Both the position numbers and the translations under genes were made by a program. Positions 43,243 to 52,947 of a DNA stretch of 64,000 bases are shown here, piece by piece. Positions within the stretch are counted from its first letter, which is position 1, and every line of letters starts with the position of its first letter. The stretch is from Candidatus Latescibacterota bacterium (GTDB taxonomy: Bacteria > Latescibacterota > UBA2968 > UBA8231). Below the pieces are notes generated by a model. It made no database searches, was not told the DNA's origin, and saw only the letters and a list, made by a program, of their open reading frames with translations. The stretch is taken from contig CBDETK010000008.1 in the NCBI GenBank assembly GCA_965242865.1, positions 64,001-128,000 of the forward strand. The letters are read 5' to 3'.

Positions 43243-43301
43243 CCCGCGGCGAAGGCGCCCAAGGCAGCTGGGCCGGAGCTGCGCTCCCGGGTTACGAACG
43301 G

Positions 43302-43378
43302 TGGTAGGCGCGCCAAGACTCGAACTTGGAACCCTCTGCTCCGAAGGCAGATGCTCTATCCAATTGAGCTACGCGCCC
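43302..43378 (-). tRNA. tRNA-Arg, anticodon UCG
   Basis: Full 77-nt cloverleaf GGGCGCG...TCTGC-CTTCGGA-GCAGA...TTCGAGT...CGCGCCT-A-CCA. Confidence 0.95.
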
Positions 43379-43543
43379 TCCCTCGTACCGTTCTCATGAT
43401 ACGCCGCTCCGAGCGGGCCGCTCGCTTCGAGTCAAGCGTCCACAACGGATTTCGGCGACGAATTGGCGGATTGCAGCGCGACGAGTCTGCCGCCCCTCGA
43501 ATCGACAGTGCTCTCCATCGGTTGAGAGCTTCCGGTCCAAGCC

Positions 43544-45322
43544 CTACGGCGCTGTTCCCTGGCCCTCTTCCAGCAGCACTTGCCGATTGACCTTGAACGG
43601 ACCGAAGCTCTCGACCAGTCCGCTGGGCCAGCGGGCTTCCACACGGCGGATTTCTTCCGCGCTCCCCACTCCGAAATGCAGCCGCATGTCGTTGTGCGAC
43701 ATGTAGCTGCCGCCGCTGCGCACCTCGTCCGCTTGGCGCATATCTCCGGACTCGACCACGACCCGCGCCCCAATGCCGTTGCGGTTCGACTGCGTCCCCT
43801 GCACGGCGATGCGGATCCAGTTCCCGCCCGCGCCTTCGTTTCGCAGCAGGTTCGGGCGGCCATCCAGATTGTTCACGACCACTTCCACGGATCCGTCATT
43901 GTCCAGGTCGCCGAATGCCGCGCCCCGCGCCGCTGTCCTTTCGACGATACCCGGGCCCGCCTGCGCGGACATATCGATGAACGCTCCGTTGCGAATGTTC
44001 CAATACACCAATCGCGGCTGCCGGTACCGGCTGGCCGACTCCAGCGTGTCGATCGTGGGGTATACGTGACCGTTGACGATGAACACGTCCTTCCAGCCGT
44101 CGCGATCCATGTCGATGAAGCCGACGCCCCAGCCCACGGAATTGGTGTCGACCCCGAGCCCCGCGCGGTAAGAGACCTCCGTGAAGAATCCCCGGCCCTC
44201 GTTGCGGTATAGCGAGGGCACGTCGTCGGAGAAGTTCGTCTTGACGATATCCACGCGACCGTCATGGTTGAAATCCGCCGCTGCCACGCCCATGCCCGCC
44301 TGCTCCTTGCCGTTCTCGTTCAGCGCCGTGCCCGACAGCAAGCCCACATCCTCGAACGTCCCGTCGCGCTGGTTGTGGAAGAGCATGCTGGGCGTCGAGT
44401 CGGCCGCGATATAGATGTCCGTCCAGCCGTCATCGTCGAAGTCCAGCGTGAGCACGCCCAAGGCGTAGCGGTCGGTAGCGTGCGCAATACCGCTAGGCAC
44501 CGAGACATCCTCGAAGCGTCCCTCTCCCGTGTTGCGCCAGAGACGGCTAGTCTCGGGCGGCAAGCCGCGGGGTCCGCACAGAACCGCGAGGCCCTTGAAT
44601 CGGCAGAAGTTGCTCTCGCCGGGAGTCGGGGTCGTGTCCAGATCGAGAGCGACGTAATGCGCGACGACCATGTCCAGCCAGCCGTCGCGGTCGTAATCGA
44701 GAAACGCGCAGCCGGTTCCCCAACGCTGTCCGGCCGTCGGAAGCCCCGTCGCTTCCGTGACGTCGGCGAACCGACGTCCCTCGAGGTTGCGGTACAGCCG
44801 GTGCGGGCCGTATTGAGTGACCAGCAGGTCGTCGAAGCCATCGTTGTCGTAATCGCCGACGCAGACGCCCTGTCCCCAGCCGCTTCGGTCTAGTCCGACA
44901 GTCTCGGTGACATCCTCGAAGCGCAGGTCGCCTAAATTGCGGAACAAGCGGCTGGTGGGCACTGCCTGCGTCTCGTCCGCGTCCCAGCGCCGCCCGTTGA
45001 CGAAGAACACGTCTGCGAGACCGTCCCGGTCGTAATCGAAGATGGCCGCGCCGCCGCCCGTCGTCTCGAGGATGTAGCGCTTCTCCATCGGATCCCCGAG
45101 CACGTGGCGAAAGTCCAAGCCGGCCTCCGCGGCGACATCCTCGAAGTGAATTCGGGGCGGAGGCAGATCCGTTTTCGCGAGCGGAGAGCCCCGTGCGGTG
45201 CGTCCGGCTACGGCTACCCCTTGGGCCGTCAGGGCGACTGGCAGCGCCAAGCTCATGGCGGCGAGCACGGCCACTTGGCTGGGGAGCGACACGCCGACCA
45301 TTGCGCGTGGGCATTCTCGCAT
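43544..45322 (-). CDS. CRTAC1 family protein (FG-GAP repeats + ASPIC/UnbV); start uncertain
   Basis: DYDRDG/DYDNDG repeats; C-terminal SNRNGIGARV...SGGSYMSHNDMRLHFG...WPSG. Confidence 0.9.
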   Translation of the reverse strand: MRECPRAMVGVSLPSQVAVLAAMSLALPVALTAQGVAVAGRTARGSPLAKTDLPPPRIHFEDVAAEAGLDFRHVLGDPMEKRYILETTGGGAAIFDYDRDGLADVFFVNGRRWDADETQAVPTSRLFRNLGDLRFEDVTETVGLDRSGWGQGVCVGDYDNDGFDDLLVTQYGPHRLYRNLEGRRFADVTEATGLPTAGQRWGTGCAFLDYDRDGWLDMVVAHYVALDLDTTPTPGESNFCRFKGLAVLCGPRGLPPETSRLWRNTGEGRFEDVSVPSGIAHATDRYALGVLTLDFDDDGWTDIYIAADSTPSMLFHNQRDGTFEDVGLLSGTALNENGKEQAGMGVAAADFNHDGRVDIVKTNFSDDVPSLYRNEGRGFFTEVSYRAGLGVDTNSVGWGVGFIDMDRDGWKDVFIVNGHVYPTIDTLESASRYRQPRLVYWNIRNGAFIDMSAQAGPGIVERTAARGAAFGDLDNDGSVEVVVNNLDGRPNLLRNEGAGGNWIRIAVQGTQSNRNGIGARVVVESGDMRQADEVRSGGSYMSHNDMRLHFGVGSAEEIRRVEARWPSGLVESFGPFKVNRQVLLEEGQGTAP

Positions 45323-45418
45323 AGCCGCTCCAGTTCGTACGAGGCCAGCCCGCATCGCGAGTGGCGACCTACCTTGGCGGCATTGCACTTGTGGCGGCGG
45401 GCGGATAGCCTATGGGCC

Positions 45419-47044
45419 ATGCGGGGCGGTCCATGCATTGCGCTCGCTTGGGCGATCTGCGCTGTCGCGACCATGCCAGCGCTGTCCGCCGAAGCGGACG
45501 CCTGCGGGCAGTGCCATCCGCAGGAGGTTGCCGGATACCTCGAGACTGGCATGGGCCGCTCCATCGCACGTCACGCCGAGCAACCGCCCGGCGCGTTCGA
45601 GCATGCGGTCTCGGGATCCTCCTTCGATGTCGCGCGCTCGGACGCCGGCATGATCCAGCGGATCGAGCGCGACGGTCTCACCGCCGCCTATCCGGTCGAG
45701 TACGTGATCGGCTCCGGGAACGCAGCATTCGGGTACCTGATCCGGGTCGACCAAGCGGTTTACCAATCTCCGATCGCCTACTACGCCAAGCGGTCTCGCT
45801 GGGGCATGGCTCCCGGGTACGAGGAGCATCCGGCACCCGACTTTGATCGGCCCGTCCTGCCCGAATGCCTCTGGTGCCATGTCGATCAGCCGCAAGCCGT
45901 GCCGCTGAGCCAGAACAGCTACGCGGGAGCGGACCTCGGGCTAGAGCCGATTTCTTGTGCGCGCTGCCACGGCGACGGTGCTGCCCACCTTGCCAAGCCG
46001 TCCGCCGAAACCATTGTCAATCCCGCCAAGCTGCAGCCGGTCGAACGTGACAGCGTGTGCGAGCAGTGCCACCTCAGCGGCGAGCTCAGGGTGCTCAATA
46101 CCGGCAAGACCTTCGGTGACTTCCGGCCCGGCATGCGTCTGGAGGATGTCTTCTCGGTCTATGTCGGCGATTTCGGCGACAACTCCCCGGGGCGGTTCAA
46201 GGTTGTCAGCCACGTGGAGCAGCTGCAGCTCAGCGCCTGCTACCGCCAATCGAACGGTTCCATGTGGTGCGGGACCTGCCACAACCCTCACGAGAAACCG
46301 ACGGAGCCTGTGTCTTACTACAGATCCCGATGCCTGGATTGCCACGAGGGGACGCTGCCCGCCGGACATGTCGAGCCCGCCGCCGATTGCGTCTCCTGCC
46401 ATATGGCTCGCCGTGCATCGCACGACAGCGGCCATAGCGCGTTCACGGACCACCTCATCGCCGCGCGGCCGAGCGCCGGGGAGGATCCCCAGCGACCAGC
46501 GCAACGCATCCGAGCGTGGCGGGAATCAAGAGACGCGGAACTCGCCCAGCGGAATCTCGGGATGGCCTATATCGATCTCGGTCGTCGGCGAGAGCGGACG
46601 GAACTCTTGGACGAGGGAGCTTCCCTGCTGGCCCGGCTCGCGCAAGCCGGATCCTTGGACTCCGCCGGGCTAGCGGAGCTGGGCGGGGTGCTGATCGCGA
46701 AGGAAGCGCCGCCGGAAGCGGGCTTCAAGCCGCTCGCCGTGCAATTGCTGCGCGATGCGTTGGAACTGGCACCCGCGCATCCCGCGCGCCACCGCGCACT
46801 CGCGGCGGCGCTCTGGGATACGGGTGACCGCGAGCAGTCGATTGAACTTCTCGAGCGGGCGATCCGGCTCGATCCGCAAGTCAAGGCGGCGTATCAGGTG
46901 CTCGCTCGCATCTACCGGGAGTCCGGCGAACCCGATGCCGCCGCCGCGATCTGGAACCGGTACCTCGATCTGGTTCCGCAGAGTCTCGCGGCCCGGCGCG
47001 AGCGACGGACCCTGCAGCGGCCCCTTTCGCTCGACGGCTTGTAG
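45419..47044 (+). CDS. Heptaheme cytochrome c fused to TPR domain
   Basis: Signal peptide; seven CxxCH motifs (CGQCH, CLWCH, CARCH, CEQCH, CGTCH, CLDCH, CVSCH); C-terminal TPRs. Confidence 0.88.
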   Translation: MRGGPCIALAWAICAVATMPALSAEADACGQCHPQEVAGYLETGMGRSIARHAEQPPGAFEHAVSGSSFDVARSDAGMIQRIERDGLTAAYPVEYVIGSGNAAFGYLIRVDQAVYQSPIAYYAKRSRWGMAPGYEEHPAPDFDRPVLPECLWCHVDQPQAVPLSQNSYAGADLGLEPISCARCHGDGAAHLAKPSAETIVNPAKLQPVERDSVCEQCHLSGELRVLNTGKTFGDFRPGMRLEDVFSVYVGDFGDNSPGRFKVVSHVEQLQLSACYRQSNGSMWCGTCHNPHEKPTEPVSYYRSRCLDCHEGTLPAGHVEPAADCVSCHMARRASHDSGHSAFTDHLIAARPSAGEDPQRPAQRIRAWRESRDAELAQRNLGMAYIDLGRRRERTELLDEGASLLARLAQAGSLDSAGLAELGGVLIAKEAPPEAGFKPLAVQLLRDALELAPAHPARHRALAAALWDTGDREQSIELLERAIRLDPQVKAAYQVLARIYRESGEPDAAAAIWNRYLDLVPQSLAARRERRTLQRPLSLDGL

Positions 47045-47194
47045 GGCGTCCGACCGCGCGTCGAGTCGCAGGTTTTGGTGCCATACCGGCGATTGCCGCC
47101 CGTATGGCGCCGAATTCGCGTCCACGGCGTACCTGCCGCTTGCGAGACGTGATACAGTACCCGTGCCATCACGGCCCATGAAGGAGGTCAGAGA

Positions 47195-50100
47195 ATGCGT
47201 CCATTCCGGAACTTGGTAACTGTCGCGACACTGGTCCTGTCGCTGGCCATCGCGCCAGCTGCATTCGGGCAGGCCGTGAGCGGCACGATCACGGGCGTGG
47301 TCACGGACCCGACGGACGCCGCGATCGCGGGAGCGGGTGTCACGATCACCAACGTCGGCACGGGGATCGAGACGAGCCGCGAGACGGACGAGTCGGGCCG
47401 CTACATCAACACGAACCTGCCGCCAGGCACGTACATCGTGGCCGTCGAGGCGGCGGGCTTCCAGCGCTACGTCCAAGAGAACGTGGTGCTCCGCGTCGAC
47501 CAGACGGTGCGCGTGGACCCCGTGCTCGAGCTGGGCGCGGTGACGGAGCAAGTCGTCGTCAACGCCGCGCCACCGATGCTCAAGAGCGAGAAGACGGACG
47601 TCGGATCGTATATCCCCGAGAACCAGCTGCAGGCCGTGCCCACCTTCGGGAACAACCTCAGCAAGCTCTACAACACGGTTCCCGGCGTCATCCAGAACTT
47701 CTTCCAGATCGGCATCGGCGAGAACCCTTCGGAATTCAACGGCACCTTGGTCAACGGGCAGTTCTTCGGCAACAGCGAGTACGAGGTCGACGGCATTACC
47801 AACACGGCTTACGGCTTCAGCGGCTTCCAGATCATCGTGCCCAACAAGGACTCCGTGTCGGAACTGAAGATCACGACCGCTTCGTTTGACCCCGAGTTCG
47901 GCTCCTCGGCGGGCATGGTGGCGCAGTACGTGACCAAGTCCGGTACCAACGAGTTGCACGGCTCGGCCTTCTGGTTCAACCGCAACGATTCCACGTTCGC
48001 GGCGGATCCTTTCACCGAGAAAGTCGCGGGCACCGGCCCCAATGGCACGGGGACCGGGCCGGCGCCATTCAAGTGGAACCAGTTCGGCGGCAGCGTCGGC
48101 GGTCCGATCGCGAGGAACCGGGTCTTCTGGTTCACGGATTATCAAGGCGTGGAGGCTTCGCAGGGAGCCCAGCTGACCGCGACCGTGCCGAACGACGCGT
48201 TCCGCGAGGGCGACTTCAGCGCGTGGCCGGGTAATCCCGTCTTCGACCCCGCCAGCGGCGTGACCGGCGGCGGGACGGGGCGCAGCCAGTTCACCAACAA
48301 CCGGATCCCCGCCTCGCGCGTCAATCCAGTCGCGACCAACCTCTTGGCACTCCTCCCGCGCGCGAATCTGAATCAGGACACCCAGCAGAACTTCAACGCC
48401 GGCGACAGCGTGACCAACTCGTCGAAGCAGTGGGATGTCCGCGTCGATTCGTCGGTGGGCAATTCGGGCATGGCCTTCGCCCGGTACACGCTGGCGCAGG
48501 TGTTCCTCGACAATCCGCCGCTATTCGGCGCGGCGGCTGGCGGTCCGGCGGTCGGCGGCCTGAGTCCGCAGACGGGCGACTTCCGCATGCAGCACCTGTC
48601 GACCAACTACACCCACACGTTCTCGCCGACATTCCTGACCGAGGTGCGGGCCGGATTCTCCCGGTTCCGCCTGGACGGATACCAGTACGACGCGGGCCTG
48701 TCCACGAATACCGATGTCGGCATCCCGAACATCAACACCGACGACAGGCTGACGCAAGGGCTGGCGGGAATCGATGTTTCCGGCCCGGTCGGAGGCTGGT
48801 CGATGGGCATCCTCAGCGGCGTCGGCATCCCGCGCTTGGATCGCACCACGACGCCCCAGTTCGTGAGCAACTCGACCCTGATCAAGGGCAGCCATCAATT
48901 CCGGTTCGGCGCGGACATCCGATACACGTCGTTCGACTTCATCGCCGCCAACTTCAGCTCGCGCGGCAACTTCCGATTCGGGAATCGCTTGACCGGCAGC
49001 CAGGAACTCGAGGAGCAGTCGATCCCGAGCGGACTGGGCATGGCTTCGTTCCTGATGGGTCTCCCGGACAACTTCAATCGCGTCGTTTTCGAGGACTACA
49101 CGAAGGAGCGCGGGTGGCGCACCTCGCTGTACTGGCAGGACACGTGGCGGATCAACGCGCGGCTGACCTTCAATTTCGGGCTGCGGTACGACTTCGTCGG
49201 ACCCGTACACCCGGCGGATGCCGGCGGGATCGCGAACTTCGATCCGAACACCGGTGACATCCTGCTGGCCGGACTGGGGGACATCGACATGCGTGCCGGC
49301 GTCCGCCCGGACTGGAACAACATCGCGCCGCGCGGCGGACTGGCTTACAAGCTGACCGACAAGACCGTGATCCGCACGGGATTCGGGCGCAGCTACTTCG
49401 CCTCCAACTACGGCGGGCTGTTCTACGCGATGACGAACCTGTATCCCATCACGGCCCAGCAAGAGGAGCAGGCTCGCAACAACTACGTGCCGGTCTTCCC
49501 GATCGAGCAGGGCCCGCCGCCGTCGCCGCCGCTGCAACTGCCCGACTCGGGCAGGCTCAAGGCGCCCGAGGGGGTCTTGCTCCGGTATCGTCCGGAGGAC
49601 AACGCCACCGAGTACATCGACTCGTGGAACTTCTTCCTCGAAAACCAATTCGCCCAGGACTGGAAGGTGTCGATCGGCTACGTGGGCAGCGTCGGGCGGA
49701 AACTGTGGTGGAACCACAACATGAACGCCGCTCCCGCCAGCACCGATCCGGACATCGCCTCGCGACGGCCGCTCTTCCAGTCCATCGGGTACGGCTCGCG
49801 CGTCAGCAACGGCTGCAATTGCGCGAGCTCGCACTACTCGGCGCTGCAGTTCGTCATCGAGAAGCGCTACTCGAAGGGCTACTCGATCAACTCCTCGTTC
49901 ACGTGGGCGAAGGCGCTGGACGGGCAGCTCGGCGGCTTCGGCTGGGGCGATCAGGGAGCGAACCCTCACGATCGCAAGGGCGGCTACGGCATTTCGCCGT
50001 ACAACCGCGCCGTGGTCTGGGTGCTGTCGCACAACTGGGAACTGCCGTTCGGCAAGGGCCGCCGGTTCGCTAGCAGCGCGAGCACGGCGCTAGACGCCAT

Positions 50101-50566
50101 CATCGGCGGCTGGCAGTTCAACGGGGTGACGACCCTCGAAACGGGTTTCGCGTTCTCGCCGACCGGCACGAACACGACCCACAACGGGGAATTCGGGAAC
50201 CGGCCGGATCGCATCGGCGACGGGAGCCTGGACAACCCGACACGGCAGCGATGGTTCGATGTGGGCGCGTTCACGAGCGGGCAGTACGGGATCTGGGGCA
50301 ATGCGGGGCGAGGCATCCTGCGCGGTCCGCCCTTGGTGGGCACGGACTGGTCGTTCTGGAAGGAGTTCCGGTTCAAGGAGGACTACCGCCTGCAGGTGCG
50401 GTGGGAGAACTTCAACATGATCAACTACACCAACCTCGGTCCGCCGGTCAGCAACATCACCGCGCCCAACGCGGGCTCGATCAACGGACTGGCAGGCTCG
50501 ACCAGCGTGAACCCGGTCACCGTGCCGATGCGCCGGATGCAATTCGGGCTCCGGTTCGTGTTCTAG
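47195..50566 (+). CDS. TonB-dependent receptor, Oar-like, with carboxypeptidase-regulatory-like N-domain
   Basis: AAGGAGG RBS; GTITGVVTDP; TKSGTNELHGS; NQFGGSVGGPI; terminal MQFGLRFVF. Confidence 0.95.
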   Translation: MRPFRNLVTVATLVLSLAIAPAAFGQAVSGTITGVVTDPTDAAIAGAGVTITNVGTGIETSRETDESGRYINTNLPPGTYIVAVEAAGFQRYVQENVVLRVDQTVRVDPVLELGAVTEQVVVNAAPPMLKSEKTDVGSYIPENQLQAVPTFGNNLSKLYNTVPGVIQNFFQIGIGENPSEFNGTLVNGQFFGNSEYEVDGITNTAYGFSGFQIIVPNKDSVSELKITTASFDPEFGSSAGMVAQYVTKSGTNELHGSAFWFNRNDSTFAADPFTEKVAGTGPNGTGTGPAPFKWNQFGGSVGGPIARNRVFWFTDYQGVEASQGAQLTATVPNDAFREGDFSAWPGNPVFDPASGVTGGGTGRSQFTNNRIPASRVNPVATNLLALLPRANLNQDTQQNFNAGDSVTNSSKQWDVRVDSSVGNSGMAFARYTLAQVFLDNPPLFGAAAGGPAVGGLSPQTGDFRMQHLSTNYTHTFSPTFLTEVRAGFSRFRLDGYQYDAGLSTNTDVGIPNINTDDRLTQGLAGIDVSGPVGGWSMGILSGVGIPRLDRTTTPQFVSNSTLIKGSHQFRFGADIRYTSFDFIAANFSSRGNFRFGNRLTGSQELEEQSIPSGLGMASFLMGLPDNFNRVVFEDYTKERGWRTSLYWQDTWRINARLTFNFGLRYDFVGPVHPADAGGIANFDPNTGDILLAGLGDIDMRAGVRPDWNNIAPRGGLAYKLTDKTVIRTGFGRSYFASNYGGLFYAMTNLYPITAQQEEQARNNYVPVFPIEQGPPPSPPLQLPDSGRLKAPEGVLLRYRPEDNATEYIDSWNFFLENQFAQDWKVSIGYVGSVGRKLWWNHNMNAAPASTDPDIASRRPLFQSIGYGSRVSNGCNCASSHYSALQFVIEKRYSKGYSINSSFTWAKALDGQLGGFGWGDQGANPHDRKGGYGISPYNRAVVWVLSHNWELPFGKGRRFASSASTALDAIIGGWQFNGVTTLETGFAFSPTGTNTTHNGEFGNRPDRIGDGSLDNPTRQRWFDVGAFTSGQYGIWGNAGRGILRGPPLVGTDWSFWKEFRFKEDYRLQVRWENFNMINYTNLGPPVSNITAPNAGSINGLAGSTSVNPVTVPMRRMQFGLRFVF

Positions 50567-50604
50567 GCGAAGCCCTTGCGGGCGCTGTCCGCAGGGGCTT
50601 CGCG
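50567..50604 (+). terminator. Stem-loop immediately after the receptor stop
   Basis: GCGAAGCCCTTGCG ... CGCAGGGGCTTCGC inverted repeat. Confidence 0.65.
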
Positions 50605-50946
50605 GATCTTCGCCCGGGCGGCGATTGTCGCTGCCCGGCTTCTCAGTGCCCGAGGCTGGTTCCGCAAGCGAGTTGGTGCGGATTGCGGTGATAGTCGGGG
50701 ATTAGCGGATTCCTCGCCAGTGCCTCCGGCTTCCGGCTACACGCTCACCGTCGGAGCAGGTCCTGACCCCGGTGGCAGGGCGGTTACTCGCACACACCGA
50801 AAGACAGGACCAGCGCAACGCATCTCAGCGCATCTTCAAGTCCACCTCGAAAGACTCGTTCTCGTGATGTCCACCCCTATCATCGTCTTGAGTTGACAGC
50901 TCTTGCCTGCGTGTTTTATTCTATAGCAAGAGTGGGCGAGGGAAGT

Positions 50947-51441
50947 GTGCCGGTTCCATATGACTCCAAGGCTGTGGCAAACTATTTCTTGAGTCAAGAG
51001 CACTTGACTCAGATGAAGTTGCACAAGTTGATCTACTACGCACATGGTTGGCACCTAGCCCTTAGAGACGAGCCGCTGATGGACGAGTTCGTCGAGGCTT
51101 CGACGTACGGCCCCTTGATACCGACAGTATTCCATGAGTTCAAGGATGTCGGAACGTCACCTATTTCTAGGCTCGCGACGGACTTTGATCCGCTCACGGG
51201 TCGCTGGGATCGAATTCCTGCGATCGATGCGGACGATCAAGCGACAGAGAGGCTGCTGGATCGTGTGTGGGCGGTATATAGAGTCTATTCGCTTGGTCAA
51301 TTGATCCGCATGACGCACGAACCGGGCACTCCTTGGTCGGAAACCCGCTCAGAGAATCGTGGCATCAAGAATGCCAACATTCCGAACGAGTTGATTCAAT
51401 GCTTTTTCGTCGATAAAATGAACGGAAAGGATCAGGAATAG
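50947..51441 (+). CDS. Panacea (DUF4065/SocA/GepA-like) antitoxin domain protein
   Basis: AVANYF, MKLHKLIYYAHGWHL, YGP and TH...TPW motifs; lower GC. Confidence 0.88.
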   Translation: MPVPYDSKAVANYFLSQEHLTQMKLHKLIYYAHGWHLALRDEPLMDEFVEASTYGPLIPTVFHEFKDVGTSPISRLATDFDPLTGRWDRIPAIDADDQATERLLDRVWAVYRVYSLGQLIRMTHEPGTPWSETRSENRGIKNANIPNELIQCFFVDKMNGKDQE

Positions 51442-51753
51442 TCATAAGAGATCGAGCTAGGGCAAATACGCGAGCGCGAAGATGTGCGAGATGATCTGCC
51501 GGAAGAGCAGCACAGTATTCGAATGACCAGCTAGTGTGCGGCAAGTGTGGGCTCCATGCCCATTCGCGAGCCGGAGCTGACCCTTCACGAGCCCTCGACA
51601 GAGTGCTATGCCGTGTGCGATGACGCCCCGGTGGCAGCCCCCGGGGCGATCAGCCGACGACCGAATTTCCCTAGCGACGGTCTGACCGGTCGGCCGGGTC
51701 GAATGCCCTTGCGCGATAATTGCCACGGGCCAAGACGGCTTTCGGCTGGACCG

Positions 51754-52947
51754 ATGCGGCGAACACTCAGCGCGGCGACATGCGCCTTGGCACTTTCGTC
51801 CATCCACGCCCAGTCCCCACCGGCACCTCCGTCCGATTCCGTTCAAGCGCGCTTCCAGAGCGCCCAGCAAGCACTCTCCGAGCATCGCTACGCCGAAGCC
51901 GAGACGGCTTTCGAGGAGCTGGTCGCAGCCGCCCCGAACCTTTCCGGGGCCCATGCCAATCTCGGCGTAGCCCGATACCTGCAGGGCCACTACGAAGAGG
52001 CGTCCAACGCTTTCCGCCGGGCACTCGAAATCAGTCCGTCGATGCCTAGCGTCGAACTGTACATGGGGCTGAGCCAAGCCAGGGCGGGACGAAGGGAGGA
52101 AGCCTTCCCCGCGCTGGCCCAGGGCTTTTGGAATGCGAGCGACGACGACTGGCGCCTTCAGGCGGGAATGATCCTCGCCGAGTTGCATGCCGCTCGCCAC
52201 GAAGACGAAAAGGTCCTCGATGTCGTCCGGGCCCTGAAGAAAGCCTTTCCCGGCAATCCCGATGTCCTGTACGCGGCCTATCGCCTGCACTCCGACATGG
52301 GTGCGCGGACGCTCGCTGACTTGGTCCGCGAGGCGCCCGGATCCGCGCGTTTGCACCAAGTTACGGCGGAATTGCTGGTTAGCGAGGGAGACTACCCGCG
52401 CGCGGTGCGGCAGTACCGCGAAGCGCTCAAGGTCGCGCCGCAATTGGGCGGATTGCATCGGGCTCTCGCGGTAGCCATCATGAACAGCAATCCAGATGAG
52501 GACGGCATCCGCGAAGCAGAGCAGGCACTCGAGCGCGAACTCGCTCTGAATCCGCGCGATGTCGAATCACTGTTCCAGTTGGGAGAGATCGCGTGGCGAC
52601 GCGGCGACGAGGAGTCGGCCTTGCGACGCTACGAAGAGGTGCTCGAAGTGCAACCCACGTTCGTGGAGGGGCTGGTCGGGCTGGCCAAGGCGCTGATCGC
52701 TCGAGGCGAGTTCGGCCGTGCCGCCGAGCGTTTGGAATCCGCCGTCGGAATCGACTCCGAGCATGAAGTCGCCCGTTACCGCCTCGCACAAGCGTACCGA
52801 CAGCTCGGCCGGCCAGAGGAAGCGGCCAAGGAGCTAGAGGAATTCCGGCGTATTCGCAGCGCTTCCGAGGCATTGAGCGCGATCTACCGCCAAGTCCAGC
52901 GCAGCACGGCCCCGAGCGACGACAGCGCTGCGGCGAGTTCTCAATGA
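51754..52947 (+). CDS. Secreted TPR protein
   Basis: Signal peptide MRRTLSAATCALALS; multiple TPR repeats. Confidence 0.88.
   Translation: MRRTLSAATCALALSSIHAQSPPAPPSDSVQARFQSAQQALSEHRYAEAETAFEELVAAAPNLSGAHANLGVARYLQGHYEEASNAFRRALEISPSMPSVELYMGLSQARAGRREEAFPALAQGFWNASDDDWRLQAGMILAELHAARHEDEKVLDVVRALKKAFPGNPDVLYAAYRLHSDMGARTLADLVREAPGSARLHQVTAELLVSEGDYPRAVRQYREALKVAPQLGGLHRALAVAIMNSNPDEDGIREAEQALERELALNPRDVESLFQLGEIAWRRGDEESALRRYEEVLEVQPTFVEGLVGLAKALIARGEFGRAAERLESAVGIDSEHEVARYRLAQAYRQLGRPEEAAKELEEFRRIRSASEALSAIYRQVQRSTAPSDDSAAASSQ

Noticed and set aside
37100-43302. Intact tRNA-anchored integrative element
   Set aside because: No integrase and no duplicate of the tRNA 3' end found by eye.
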